64,000 nt of DNA from an uncultured virus (IMG/VR IMGVR_UViG_3300033463_000112). Lineage: Duplodnaviria > Heunggongvirae > Uroviricota > Caudoviricetes. Made by a program: the position numbers and the translations under genes. Positions 1 to 8,419 of this stretch are shown one piece after another (the stretch's first letter is position 1; every line of letters begins with the position of its first letter). A model generated the notes under the pieces. The model made no database searches and was not told where the DNA came from. It saw only the letters and a list, made by a program, of their open reading frames with translations. The stretch is from IMG/VR virus record IMGVR_UViG_3300033463_000112; one strand, written 5' to 3'.

Positions 1-4
1 CCTG

Positions 5-1219
5 ATGCTCAGGGAAACCGCCAACTCGTATGTTGTGCGCACGACGGGCGTTTACAAACTCCCTCTTGTGTACGGTAACGCTATCAAGGGCGGCCAGACC
101 AATTCTGCCGCTTATACACGTCAGGGCTCAGACTACACGGCTGAATTTGTGAACCACCTCGGCAATCAGATTACCGACCCGTTCATTGAGAAAAACGCCA
201 ACTGTCAGCCCGCTTCCGTTGGCCTGCTCTGGCAGACCGGAACGAACCTGATTACGTCCGTTTCCCTTGTGGAGGGCGGCGACTGTAAGTACATTCAGTT
301 CACCGTTTCCAACGTTCCTACGGAAAACGGCCTCGCGGTCCTGTTCGTGAAAGACTCCGGCGGCCGTATCATGTGGTCGTGGACTATCTGGCTGACCTCC
401 GATACCCTGAACGAGGAAGTATTCAAGAGCGCGGCTCTGGCCGGTGCTGAATACCGCCTTATGCCCGAGAACCTGTTCTCTATCTGGAACGCCGCCCGCA
501 CCTACTGCGTTTGCCCTCATTTCCAGTGGGGACGAAAGGACGCAATGGTTCCCGCTTCGCTCGCTTCCGGTAGCTCGAACATGACCGTTTACGATATTAG
601 CGGCAACGCTATTTCGTGGGCCAGTTCCGCTACGCTCGGCTCGTCTGTTATCGGCGTGTTCGGCACGGACCAAGACGAATCTTCCGACAAGACCGTGGCG
701 AACGCCATTAAGAACCCGGGTATCTTCTTTACTCGCCACAATACGACCACGAACAACTGGAACAACCTGTCGTATTTCTACAACTTCTGGAACGCCCACA
801 TGACGAGCACTTCCGGCCAGCCTGCGGACGACCAAGACAGCGCAGTAAAGACTATCTACGACCCGTGCCCGGTGGGATTCATGCTCCCTGCCGCCCGCGC
901 TTTCACCGGCTTTACCACAACAGGTAACAATAGCTCCGATGCAACGCAGTTCAATGTTGTTGGCTCGTGGGCCTCTGGCTGGAAGTTCATGCGTAAGACC
1001 GGCGATACTCAGGGTAACTACTTCCCCGCTTCCGGCTATCGTGCCCTCGATTCCGGGGCCCTGTCGTACGTTACAGGTAACGGCTACTGTTGGAGTTTTG
1101 CTCCGAACTCTCAGGCCTACGCCCGTCGCCTGTACTTCCATTCAGGCGGCGTTTACCCGTTGTACTACTACGAGCGTTCCGGCGGGTTTGCGGTGCGCCC
1201 TTGCCGAGAATCTAATTAA
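5..1219 (+). CDS. DGR target protein 1, probable tail fibre/receptor-binding protein with C-terminal variable (CLec-like) domain; probably 5'-truncated by the window edge
   Basis: Frame is open from the window edge. The C-terminus (YFPASGYR...GYCWS...GFAVRPCRE) contains VR1, which matches TR except at adenines. The DPCPxGF..P motif is typical of Bacteroidota DGR-target/major-paralogous-domain proteins. Confidence 0.85.
   Translation: MLRETANSYVVRTTGVYKLPLVYGNAIKGGQTNSAAYTRQGSDYTAEFVNHLGNQITDPFIEKNANCQPASVGLLWQTGTNLITSVSLVEGGDCKYIQFTVSNVPTENGLAVLFVKDSGGRIMWSWTIWLTSDTLNEEVFKSAALAGAEYRLMPENLFSIWNAARTYCVCPHFQWGRKDAMVPASLASGSSNMTVYDISGNAISWASSATLGSSVIGVFGTDQDESSDKTVANAIKNPGIFFTRHNTTTNNWNNLSYFYNFWNAHMTSTSGQPADDQDSAVKTIYDPCPVGFMLPAARAFTGFTTTGNNSSDATQFNVVGSWASGWKFMRKTGDTQGNYFPASGYRALDSGALSYVTGNGYCWSFAPNSQAYARRLYFHSGGVYPLYYYERSGGFAVRPCRESN
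1026..1208 (+). repeat. DGR variable repeat VR1
   Basis: 183-bp ungapped match to TR (1989-2171); 21 mismatches by manual alignment, all opposite TR adenines. Confidence 0.97.
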
Positions 1220-1231
1220 ATCCTTTCATCG

Positions 1232-1255
1232 GTCCCGCCCTATTGCGGGCGGGAC
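1232..1255 (+). promoter_or_regulatory. DGR target-recognition hairpin downstream of VR1/IMH
   Basis: GTCCCGCCC-TATTGC-GGGCGGGAC, perfect 9-bp stem, after a 23-nt gap from the end of VR1. Confidence 0.85.
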
Positions 1256-1273
1256 TCCTAAACACGCTACTAC

Positions 1274-1453
1274 ATGAAAATAGTCATAGCCAACCATTCG
1301 ACAATAAACGTCGGCAAATGCACTAACGCGGAAATCGTTAGGGCAATACGCGAGTATGACCTTGCCAACGCTACGCCGGTGGATTGCATGGACTTTATCA
1401 AGGCACTTAAAGCAAGTATCAACAATGGAAATACAGAGCCTACCAGTCTATAA
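1274..1453 (+). CDS. small hypothetical protein (59 aa) inside the DGR cassette
   Basis: Manual translation MKIVIANHSTINVGKC...EPTSL*; fills the gap before avd and overlaps its start. Below the ORF-track cutoff. Confidence 0.4.
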   Translation: MKIVIANHSTINVGKCTNAEIVRAIREYDLANATPVDCMDFIKALKASINNGNTEPTSL

Positions 1454-1775
1454 CAAGACGCGCCAGCTTTATATCCAGATTCAAGCGAGTACTCAGAAGG
1501 TCCCGCGTAATATCCGGGTGAACCAGCTATCCGTTATCGAGAATATGCTTATAGACATTCTGGAGCATATCGCTTTCGCAAACGCAGCGCTGGAGAATCC
1601 CGGAGAGCGTTACAGGTTCATTTCAAACGCTATTGGCATTTTGCATCGGGTAGAAATCCGCGTGAGAATCCTTTTCGATTTGAACTACATAAAGAAACAG
1701 GGATTTAACGCCATAATCAAGTTAGAAAGCGAAGTGGCCCGCCAGCTTAATGGTTGGGCTCAGAAAAACAAATAA
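1425..1775 (+). CDS. avd: DGR accessory variability determinant (Avd-like four-helix bundle)
   Basis: 116-aa basic helical protein (LPVYNK...EVARQLNGW) between target and TR/RT. Start moved to ATG at 1425. Confidence 0.85.
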   Translation: MEIQSLPVYNKTRQLYIQIQASTQKVPRNIRVNQLSVIENMLIDILEHIAFANAALENPGERYRFISNAIGILHRVEIRVRILFDLNYIKKQGFNAIIKLESEVARQLNGWAQKNK

Positions 1776-1988
1776 TGGAGCACTTTTTCGGCATATTCTG
1801 GTCGTTATGGATTAGGGCCTGCGGTCCTGCGGTTAGTCGCAACTGTGGGTGTAAATCCAGTTTAATTCAGCGCCTTGCGCCTCGCAAGAGGTTCAGTTAT
1901 ACAAGGGACGTGCTCCCCGAAGTCCGCTCCGCCGTCAGCCGTTGGCTCCCGGCCTTGCGTTCATTCAAGACAAGGTGCTCTGAACGGG

Positions 1989-2171
1989 CCGCTTCCGGCT
2001 ATCGTGCCAACGATTCCGGGGCCCTGACGAACGTTACAGGTAACGGCAACTATTGGAGTTTTGCTCCGAACTCTCAGACCAACGCCCGTAACCTGAACTT
2101 CAATTCAGGCAACGTTAACCCGTTGAACAACAACGAACGTTCCAACGGGTTTGCGGTGCGCCCTTGCCGAG
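1989..2171 (+). ncRNA. DGR template repeat (TR)
   Basis: Adenine-retaining copy of VR1/VR2 with 14 AAC and 1 AAT codons in the target frame; immediately upstream of the RT. Confidence 0.97.
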
Positions 2172-2209
2172 CATTGAACACACGGCCAGAATACGCCTTT
2201 TAACAGACT

Positions 2210-3391
2210 ATGAGATACACGTTCGAGCAAATACATGAAATGGTTTTCGTGGGCTATCTGAAGGCCCGTGAACATGAACGCTCGTCTTTGGCGGCCATTG
2301 AATTTGAGCTCGAACTGGAAAGGAATATCAACGTGCTTTCGTGGGAGCTTTACCGCCGCACGTGGAACCCACTCCCGCTTGACTTTTTCGTACTGACTTA
2401 TCCTTCCGTCCGCGAGGTCTTTGCACCTCAGTTCCGGGATAGGGTTGTAAGTCACGTGCTTTTCAATATCCTTTCGCCCATTTATGAGCGAATCTTCATC
2501 TATGACTCTTACTCTTGCCGCACCGGTAAGGGGACGCTTTTCGGAATCCAGCGCTTTGAGCATGAGATACGGAGCGTCACTAAGAACTATACGCTTGATG
2601 CCTATTCTCTGAATCTGGATATATCCGGTTATTTCATGTCAATTAACCGCCAGATACTACGGAGCCTAATCTTCAAACGTCTGGAGAAAAACCGCAAGCT
2701 CAGGCCACACGAAATCGACTACAACTTTGCCATGTTCCTTGTTGACACGTTCCTGTCGCGCGACCCGTTGGAAGGTTGCGAGTACCACGGGAACCCGAAC
2801 CTGCGCAAGCTCGTTTTGCCGAATAAGAGCCTTTTCGGCCAGCCCGCCGGTGTTGGCCTCCCGATTGGTGACGTGATTAACCAGCTTAACTCAAATATCT
2901 ATCTGGACCCGTTCGACCAGTTTGTGAAGCGCGAGCTCAAAATCAAGGGCTATATCCGCTACGTGGACGATTCGCGCCAGTTGCATAACAGTTATGACTA
3001 TCTGCTGGAATGTAAAGAGCGCGGCGAACAGTTCCTCCTGAATGAGCTCGGTCTGAAAATCAACCACGCTAAGACGACGATTACCAGCGTGTATGAGCCG
3101 AACGAATTTTTAGGGGCCGTGGTGCTTCCGTTCCAGCGCTGGACTAAGCAAGAAACGGTTGTAAAGTTCAATGCGGCCTTTAAGAGCCTGAACACCAAAA
3201 TCCGTAACGGCGTTCCGATTGATATTGAGCAAGAGCTTAGCTGTATTAACGCCCGGCTCGGGTATATGCAGCACTTTGACGCGCGGCACGTTGTACGACG
3301 GGCCATTGAGAAGTCGGAGTACATAAGGACAATTTACCAGTTTGCACCGAACCAGAAACAAGCAACAATTCTAAATCCCAATACATTATGA
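2210..3391 (+). CDS. DGR reverse transcriptase
   Basis: 393 aa with RT motifs (REVFAPQFRDRVV, SYSCRTGKGT, LDISGYF, GLPIG..Q, YIRYVDD, FLG); no maturase or endonuclease extension; adjacent to TR and avd. Confidence 0.96.
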   Translation: MRYTFEQIHEMVFVGYLKAREHERSSLAAIEFELELERNINVLSWELYRRTWNPLPLDFFVLTYPSVREVFAPQFRDRVVSHVLFNILSPIYERIFIYDSYSCRTGKGTLFGIQRFEHEIRSVTKNYTLDAYSLNLDISGYFMSINRQILRSLIFKRLEKNRKLRPHEIDYNFAMFLVDTFLSRDPLEGCEYHGNPNLRKLVLPNKSLFGQPAGVGLPIGDVINQLNSNIYLDPFDQFVKRELKIKGYIRYVDDSRQLHNSYDYLLECKERGEQFLLNELGLKINHAKTTITSVYEPNEFLGAVVLPFQRWTKQETVVKFNAAFKSLNTKIRNGVPIDIEQELSCINARLGYMQHFDARHVVRRAIEKSEYIRTIYQFAPNQKQATILNPNTL

Positions 3392-3744
3392 AGTACTATT
3401 TTTCTTCCCCTCAGCGCACTTGCGCACTCAACAACGGCCTTACCCGATGCTTCTTCAACGAGGAAGTAAAGACCGAAACCGTCACTTACACCGACCCCGA
3501 AACCGAGGAAACCCGCACCGAGGAACAGACTACCTACTGCTACGACGCTGTGGACCTCCCCACCCCCGTTGAATACGGCGTGCTTGTCGATGCTCTGGTG
3601 CGCGTACAGTATTCTCAGTCTGCAGTCGAAGCAATCATGCGCCACAAGATTGCCGGTGCTGAAGGTTCCGAGGAGGCTTTCGCAATCTTTAACGCCTTTG
3701 CCGAGGCCTGCAAGGTCGAAGCCAACAGGATTCTGGAGGAATAA
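3388..3744 (+). CDS. hypothetical protein
   Basis: 118-aa ORF overlapping the RT stop, with phage-like codon usage. Confidence 0.7.
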   Translation: MKYYFSSPQRTCALNNGLTRCFFNEEVKTETVTYTDPETEETRTEEQTTYCYDAVDLPTPVEYGVLVDALVRVQYSQSAVEAIMRHKIAGAEGSEEAFAIFNAFAEACKVEANRILEE

Positions 3745-3747
3745 GCC

Positions 3748-4254
3748 ATGTTGCAGACTACTGAAAGTCAAGCGGTCAATACCATAGTGGAAGGGACCGC
3801 AACTGTCGGAGTCATTGCGTTTTTCTCAGAGGCTATGAAGCATACTCTACCGTGGCTTGGGCTGGCAGTGCCAATTATTCTACTTGACTTGCTGTACGGA
3901 ATACGTGCGGCAAAGTTCCGTGGTGATAATGTGCGCTGGAGTACGGCTATTCGTAGGACCGTTGACAAGACGGTAGGCTATATTATGTGGTGCGCGGCCG
4001 CCGTGATGATGAAGGAACTCTTCGAGATTAACTGGCTCGACAAAGCTGTGCTCGGCCTCGTGTTCGGCAATGAGCTTGTCAGCGTCTTTGGGAACTACCT
4101 TGAAACAAAGGGTATCGACTTTTCGTTTGCCGGTTTCTGGAGGCTTGTTTTCCGCAAGGGTGCTGAAAAGGTCGGCGTTGACGTTTCCGAGGAAGAGGCA
4201 AAGGAAATCATTAAGCCCCGGGATAGCCGGGGGCGGTTTGTTAAAAAATCTTAG
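3748..4254 (+). CDS. holin
   Basis: Several hydrophobic segments and a 'DL.YGI.AA..RG...S.A.RRT.DK' pattern like Bacteroidota phage holins; directly upstream of the lysin. Confidence 0.8.
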   Translation: MLQTTESQAVNTIVEGTATVGVIAFFSEAMKHTLPWLGLAVPIILLDLLYGIRAAKFRGDNVRWSTAIRRTVDKTVGYIMWCAAAVMMKELFEINWLDKAVLGLVFGNELVSVFGNYLETKGIDFSFAGFWRLVFRKGAEKVGVDVSEEEAKEIIKPRDSRGRFVKKS

Positions 4255-4256
4255 CT

Positions 4257-4721
4257 ATGCTTACACTCATTGTTGAAAGGGCTTGGAATAAGCCTACTTA
4301 CTGCGTTGGTCGTTTCTTTGCTAACGACGACAGGGTTTGCGAAAGCCTCGAGGATACGGACCGTGGCCTCCGCCAGTCCATGCCTACCGGCAAGATTAAC
4401 CAACTGAAGGTTTACGGCGCTACGGCAATCCCGAAAGGCACTTACAAGGTTGTCCTCTCTGTTTCTCAGAAACTCAAAGGAAAGCCCTACGCGAAGAAGT
4501 ATCACGGGCTCCTTCCTGAGATTCTGGACGTGAAGGGATATTCCGGCGTGCGGATTCACCCCGGCAACACGGCGGCCGATACGCTCGGCTGTATCTTGCC
4601 CGGCTACAACAAGGTCGTTGGCAAGCTGGTGGACTCCACGAAAGCCTTTTACAAGCTCATGGACGAGTATATTGTTCCGGCTTGGGAAAAGGGCGAGGAA
4701 ATCGTGCTTGAAATCCGCTAA
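4257..4721 (+). CDS. putative endolysin (DUF5675-like)
   Basis: CESLED, TAIPKGTY and GVRIHPGNTAADTLGCIL motifs; follows the holin. Confidence 0.75.
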   Translation: MLTLIVERAWNKPTYCVGRFFANDDRVCESLEDTDRGLRQSMPTGKINQLKVYGATAIPKGTYKVVLSVSQKLKGKPYAKKYHGLLPEILDVKGYSGVRIHPGNTAADTLGCILPGYNKVVGKLVDSTKAFYKLMDEYIVPAWEKGEEIVLEIR

Positions 4722-4725
4722 TGCC

Positions 4726-5307
4726 ATGACTTCACGTAGCGAGTATAACTTTCCTCAGAATCAGGATAACTCTTGGCTCCGTTGGGTGTTTCTGGTAGGG
4801 CTTATCTTAGCAATCTTGGCTGTGTGCTCATTGATAAGTTCATGCTCTGCTGGGAAACACCTCCCGACGGACCAGACGCACACTAAGGATTCCACGGTAA
4901 TTCATGTCCGGGACTCCGTTAACGTGCGGGATTCTCTTGTGCTTGTGCCTGTTCCCGTGGAAAGCTCTCAGAATGTTCTGCCGGAGTTTGTTCCGTCGCA
5001 TTTGGAAACGTCTTTGGCCGTTTCTGATGCGTGGGTGGATACGCTCGGATTGCATCATACGCTAAAGAATATCGACAAGCCTATACCGGTTCACGTGCCG
5101 GTAATAGAACACGTCACCGAAACGGAAACCACAAATAGCTCAGAAACGGCCACAATTCACACGGAATACGTCGAGGTAGAGAAACCCTTGTCGTGGTGGC
5201 AATCGTTTAAAATCGGGGCTTTCTGGTGGCTTTGCGGGGCTCTGGCGCTTGCGCTTCTATGGATATTCCGAAAACCAATAGCAAAACTCCTAAAAATCGT
5301 GCTGTAA
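4726..5307 (+). CDS. lipoprotein, putative unimolecular spanin-like lysis protein
   Basis: N-terminal hydrophobic stretch ending in lipobox-like ISSC, plus a C-terminal TM helix; follows the endolysin. Start reassigned to 4726. Confidence 0.6.
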   Translation: MTSRSEYNFPQNQDNSWLRWVFLVGLILAILAVCSLISSCSAGKHLPTDQTHTKDSTVIHVRDSVNVRDSLVLVPVPVESSQNVLPEFVPSHLETSLAVSDAWVDTLGLHHTLKNIDKPIPVHVPVIEHVTETETTNSSETATIHTEYVEVEKPLSWWQSFKIGAFWWLCGALALALLWIFRKPIAKLLKIVL

Positions 5308-5310
5308 ACC

Positions 5311-5610
5311 ATGATTGACTATACCATTTCTGAAACCAACCTCCACCTTGTCGATTCGCACAAGGTCAGCAAGTTTGTTTTTGGGAAAACCTTGCGCCAG
5401 ATTCGCAAAGACAACCAGGATAGCAAGGTTTGGGAGCGGTGCATCTGTTCGCTTTGCCTCGAATGGACCTGTCACAATTTTCTCTACATGATAGGCTATG
5501 AAAGGGAGCGGACCGGAAGCGCCGACCTTGACAATCCTTGCGACCACCCCGAATGGCTGTATATCGTTGGCGGGCTTATCGTGTGGCCGATTACCTTTAA
5601 AACCAAATAA
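5311..5610 (+). CDS. hypothetical protein
   Basis: 99-aa ORF tightly packed in the operon. Confidence 0.65.
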   Translation: MIDYTISETNLHLVDSHKVSKFVFGKTLRQIRKDNQDSKVWERCICSLCLEWTCHNFLYMIGYERERTGSADLDNPCDHPEWLYIVGGLIVWPITFKTK

Positions 5611-5612
5611 CC

Positions 5613-5921
5613 ATGAAAGAATTTTTTAAAAAACTCTTGGAGGCTATCAAGGCTTTTTGTTCCTCCCTTTACAAGAAGGTCGTTAACCTTCTGCTCGGTA
5701 TCCCTGTGCCGAGGTACGTTTACTTTATCATCGGGCTTATCGCCTGTGCGTTCTTTGCAATCGTGATTCCCGGCGCTATCGAATGGCCCGCTTTCCCGCT
5801 TGCAATGCTCGCCTTAGTTATCTGCTTTGTTCAGGTAATCTCTGGCAAACAGGCGAAATGGTGGAACGCTGTCGCGTTTATTCTGGGTGCACTGATTATC
5901 CAGATATTCGCGTGGATTTAA
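5613..5921 (+). CDS. small membrane protein
   Basis: About three hydrophobic helices; last gene of the plus-strand operon. Confidence 0.7.
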   Translation: MKEFFKKLLEAIKAFCSSLYKKVVNLLLGIPVPRYVYFIIGLIACAFFAIVIPGAIEWPAFPLAMLALVICFVQVISGKQAKWWNAVAFILGALIIQIFAWI

Positions 5922-6035
5922 TTCGTTGGGCCAATCCGCGCCACGGAAACGCAATATACGCTGGGCGTTGAAATCCAACGAAAAAGCCGGGGCTTTAGGG
6001 CCTCGGCTTCCTCTTTCTTTGAGCTATGGGATTTG

Positions 6036-6107
6036 TAGCGGAAGTAGGAATCGAACCTACGGCCTCCGGGTTATGAGCCCGACGAGCTACCTCTGCTCTA
6101 TTCCGCA
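6036..6107 (-). tRNA. tRNA-Met(CAT), initiator-type
   Basis: Cloverleaf with anticodon arm TCGGG-CTCATAA-CCCGG (three consecutive G:C pairs), TTCGATT T-loop and unpaired 1:72. Confidence 0.9.
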
Positions 6108-6114
6108 ATGTTGC

Positions 6115-6198
6115 TGGAGAGGGAAAGAATCGAACCTCCGTCTGCAAGGGGCCTATCCCGGGTACGTCCTTGCCGTGCTACCATTGCACCACCTCCCA
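6115..6198 (-). ncRNA. tRNA-like RNA with 20-nt anticodon loop
   Basis: Acceptor stem, D arm (GTGC-AATGGTA-GCAC) and T arm (GGAGG-TTCGATT-CTTTC) are present, but the GCAAG/CTTGC stem encloses 20 nt instead of 7. Confidence 0.7.
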
Positions 6199-6203
6199 TG
6201 TTG

Positions 6204-6276
6204 TGACTCCGAAGGGGCTCGAACCCTTAACACCCGGGTTAAAAGCCCGGTGCGCTACCAGTTGCGCCACGAAGTC
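6204..6276 (-). tRNA. tRNA-Lys(TTT)
   Basis: Canonical cloverleaf; anticodon arm CCGGG-CTTTTAA-CCCGG. Confidence 0.92.
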
Positions 6277-6354
6277 AAGTTAAGGGGATTGACTCCGTGC
6301 GAAAGGAGCCAACTGGTTAGCGTTTATATTTCAATCCGTTCGTAATCACGGGTG

Positions 6355-6362
6355 CAAAGGTA
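6355..6362 (-). promoter_or_regulatory. Bacteroidota-type -7 promoter element (TACCTTTG) upstream of the tRNA cluster
   Basis: Matches TAnnTTTG about 80 nt upstream of tRNA-Lys. Confidence 0.55.
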
Positions 6363-6633
6363 GTCAATAAAAGTCAATAAAAAAAGGCTCTCTCGAAAAA
6401 ATTTCCGAAAGAGCCTTAAAAAGCACGGACCGTCCCCGCGTGGTAGGCCAGTCCAGTTAGGATAACGCCAGAAATAACTGCCGGTGCATCTTGGTAATAT
6501 CCGGCGAGTATTTCGGGTGTATCTGAGATAGTTCCTCCCAATCAAAACCGTTATCGTACTTGATTTCAATATCGAGTAGTTCCTCCGGGAGGTTATTCAG
6601 GTAGTCGCGTAGCTCACGTGCGGTCATAATAGC

Positions 6634-6867
6634 TCAATCGTCAATGTAAGACCATTCCAGAACCTCTATATCCCCAATTCCTACCCACCCGCCATTGAAA
6701 GAGTCGCCGAGCCGGGGAATGTATATCCACCAAAAGCCCTCTTCGTCAAAACGGAGCACTAAGTGATTGCAGAAGCCGTCTGGTGTCCTTACCTTACACA
6801 AAACCTCAACAAATCCTTCGTCGCCCAATTTGTCTGGAACGCCCATTTTAATATCCCAAAAATCCAT
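6634..6867 (-). CDS. hypothetical protein
   Basis: ORF in the tightly packed leftward operon. Confidence 0.6.
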   Translation of the reverse strand: MDFWDIKMGVPDKLGDEGFVEVLCKVRTPDGFCNHLVLRFDEEGFWWIYIPRLGDSFNGGWVGIGDIEVLEWSYIDD

Positions 6868-6878
6868 ACCAAAATGCG

Positions 6879-7085
6879 TTAGCGTAATTTATCTTTCCCG
6901 GCCTCCTTAACGAATATTTCTGCCTCGTTTTTTGTGTACCCGAACGTGTCAATAAGTAGCCGAATCTTGGCTTTGTCAAGGCACGAACGGCAATAGGGGT
7001 CGGCGGGTATATCTGGGTCAATAACGGGCCAAAACGCCACGGCTTGTTTTCCGCAAACACAGCACTTGCAATTCTCAGCCTTCAT
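6879..7085 (-). CDS. small Cys-rich (Zn-finger-like) protein
   Basis: CCVC...CRSC pattern. Confidence 0.6.
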   Translation of the reverse strand: MKAENCKCCVCGKQAVAFWPVIDPDIPADPYCRSCLDKAKIRLLIDTFGYTKNEAEIFVKEAGKDKLR

Positions 7086-7369
7086 CGGTTCTCGAATCTA
7101 TAACAAATCCTTCGTACCAGAAATTCAATAAGCTCCGTAGAGTCCATTTTCGTATCAAAGTCGTAGGTTTTGTCAAGCCTATGCAGAATATCCCACAACG
7201 CAGACAGGGACCATGCGGGCGGCCCGTTCGGTGTCACTTGGCCCACGAATAGCTCGACCACATGGCCGCCGTCTTTAAGCGGGATAGCGTTGTATTGCAT
7301 ATCCGCGCTGGCTGGATTTACACCGGCCGCAAGAAGGCGCTCGCCCTGTTCAACGGTCGTCGCTATCAT
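7082..7369 (-). CDS. hypothetical protein
   Basis: Overlapping start/stop with neighbours; PAWSLSAL motif. Confidence 0.65.
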   Translation of the reverse strand: MIATTVEQGERLLAAGVNPASADMQYNAIPLKDGGHVVELFVGQVTPNGPPAWSLSALWDILHRLDKTYDFDTKMDSTELIEFLVRRICYRFENR

Positions 7370-7797
7370 AACTCCTCCTTTACGCGGAATCTCAGCATAT
7401 AGAAATCGCGCCCGTCGGCCGTTCCCTTACGAGGCTCTGCAATCTTCATTATCGAGTCAGCAAGGCTGTTGCAAAGGGACTTTTTGACGGCCCTTTCGAG
7501 CTTCTTTTCGTCCGTATATTTGAGCGCGTCTGATTCGCTCACAAAGTAGGTGGCCCGGATAGGCGTTGCCGCGTCCATGTTCAGGCTGGCCTCTTTGTTA
7601 ATCAGGTCCTGCTGGTAATCATCAAGGCGCTTTTTCACGCCAGCCAGATACTCGGCCTTGTCTGCAAGGTCGTTTTCAATAACGCGCTGTATGCGCTTGG
7701 TGCGCAGGAGTTCAGCAATAGCCAGAAATGCGAAGATTCCGGCGAAAATGAAAAGGAATAATGCAATTTTAGTCATAGTGATATTAGTTTTCGTCAA
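7366..7797 (-). CDS. membrane-anchored coiled-coil protein
   Basis: N-terminal TM segment followed by a charged helical region. Confidence 0.65.
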   Translation of the reverse strand: MTKTNITMTKIALFLFIFAGIFAFLAIAELLRTKRIQRVIENDLADKAEYLAGVKKRLDDYQQDLINKEASLNMDAATPIRATYFVSESDALKYTDEKKLERAVKKSLCNSLADSIMKIAEPRKGTADGRDFYMLRFRVKEEL

Positions 7798-8419
7798 TCC
7801 ATTTGTAAATATGATTTGCCATTTGCTGAAAGATTCCGTCGGCTTTCACTTCGGATAGCCGGATATTGCCTTTCGCAAGCGGCTGGAAATAATGCCACGC
7901 CTGTTTGAAAGAGAGCATCTTTATCTGCTCCAGTTCTGGATTCTTGTGCGGCTCTTTCTTTACGGAAACGCGCGTCACCCGGGCAACCTTATAGACGTTT
8001 CCCCATGCGGTCTGTGCGAACTCCGCAAGGATATAGCACATGAGAAGGTCGGCCTCGTTTCGTTTTTCCTCAAAGCTCAAATCGTCAATGATGCTCATTA
8101 TTCTTGCCCTGAGTATCACCAAATCGTTAGAGAGCGTTTCGGTAAGCGAATCCATAAGGTCCGTCACTTCCACCTGAACGTCCTGCGGGTATGCCGCAAA
8201 GAACGGCTTATTGAAACGGCCGTAAGCGGCCCGCCATAGGGAATCAAGGCGCTTTGTTTCGTGTGCAAGCGGTATGCGCTTTGTTACCTCGAGATAGGTT
8301 TGATAGCAAATGTCGGCCAGAAGGAAAGGGAGTATCGGGTCCGCGCTATCGTGCTGGTATTCGCTACCGTCGTTGGACTTGTGCCGAACGAACGTGTTTA
8401 CAAGTTCCTTTGTCGTCAT
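7784..8419 (-). CDS. hypothetical protein
   Basis: 211-aa ORF in the operon. Confidence 0.7.
   Translation of the reverse strand: MTTKELVNTFVRHKSNDGSEYQHDSADPILPFLLADICYQTYLEVTKRIPLAHETKRLDSLWRAAYGRFNKPFFAAYPQDVQVEVTDLMDSLTETLSNDLVILRARIMSIIDDLSFEEKRNEADLLMCYILAEFAQTAWGNVYKVARVTRVSVKKEPHKNPELEQIKMLSFKQAWHYFQPLAKGNIRLSEVKADGIFQQMANHIYKWIDEN

Noticed and set aside
128..1141. 337-aa minus-strand ORF
   Set aside because: Antisense to DGR target 1; no recognisable motifs.
1754..2203. 149-aa ORF resembling the target C-terminus
   Set aside because: It is the TR read in frame. AAC-rich TRs lack stops, and it has a weak start and a non-protein-like N-terminal half.
2210..3391. RT as group II intron, retron or Abi RT
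   Set aside because: No maturase or endonuclease domain and no msr/msd. The adjacent avd and A-specific TR/VR pairs identify a DGR.
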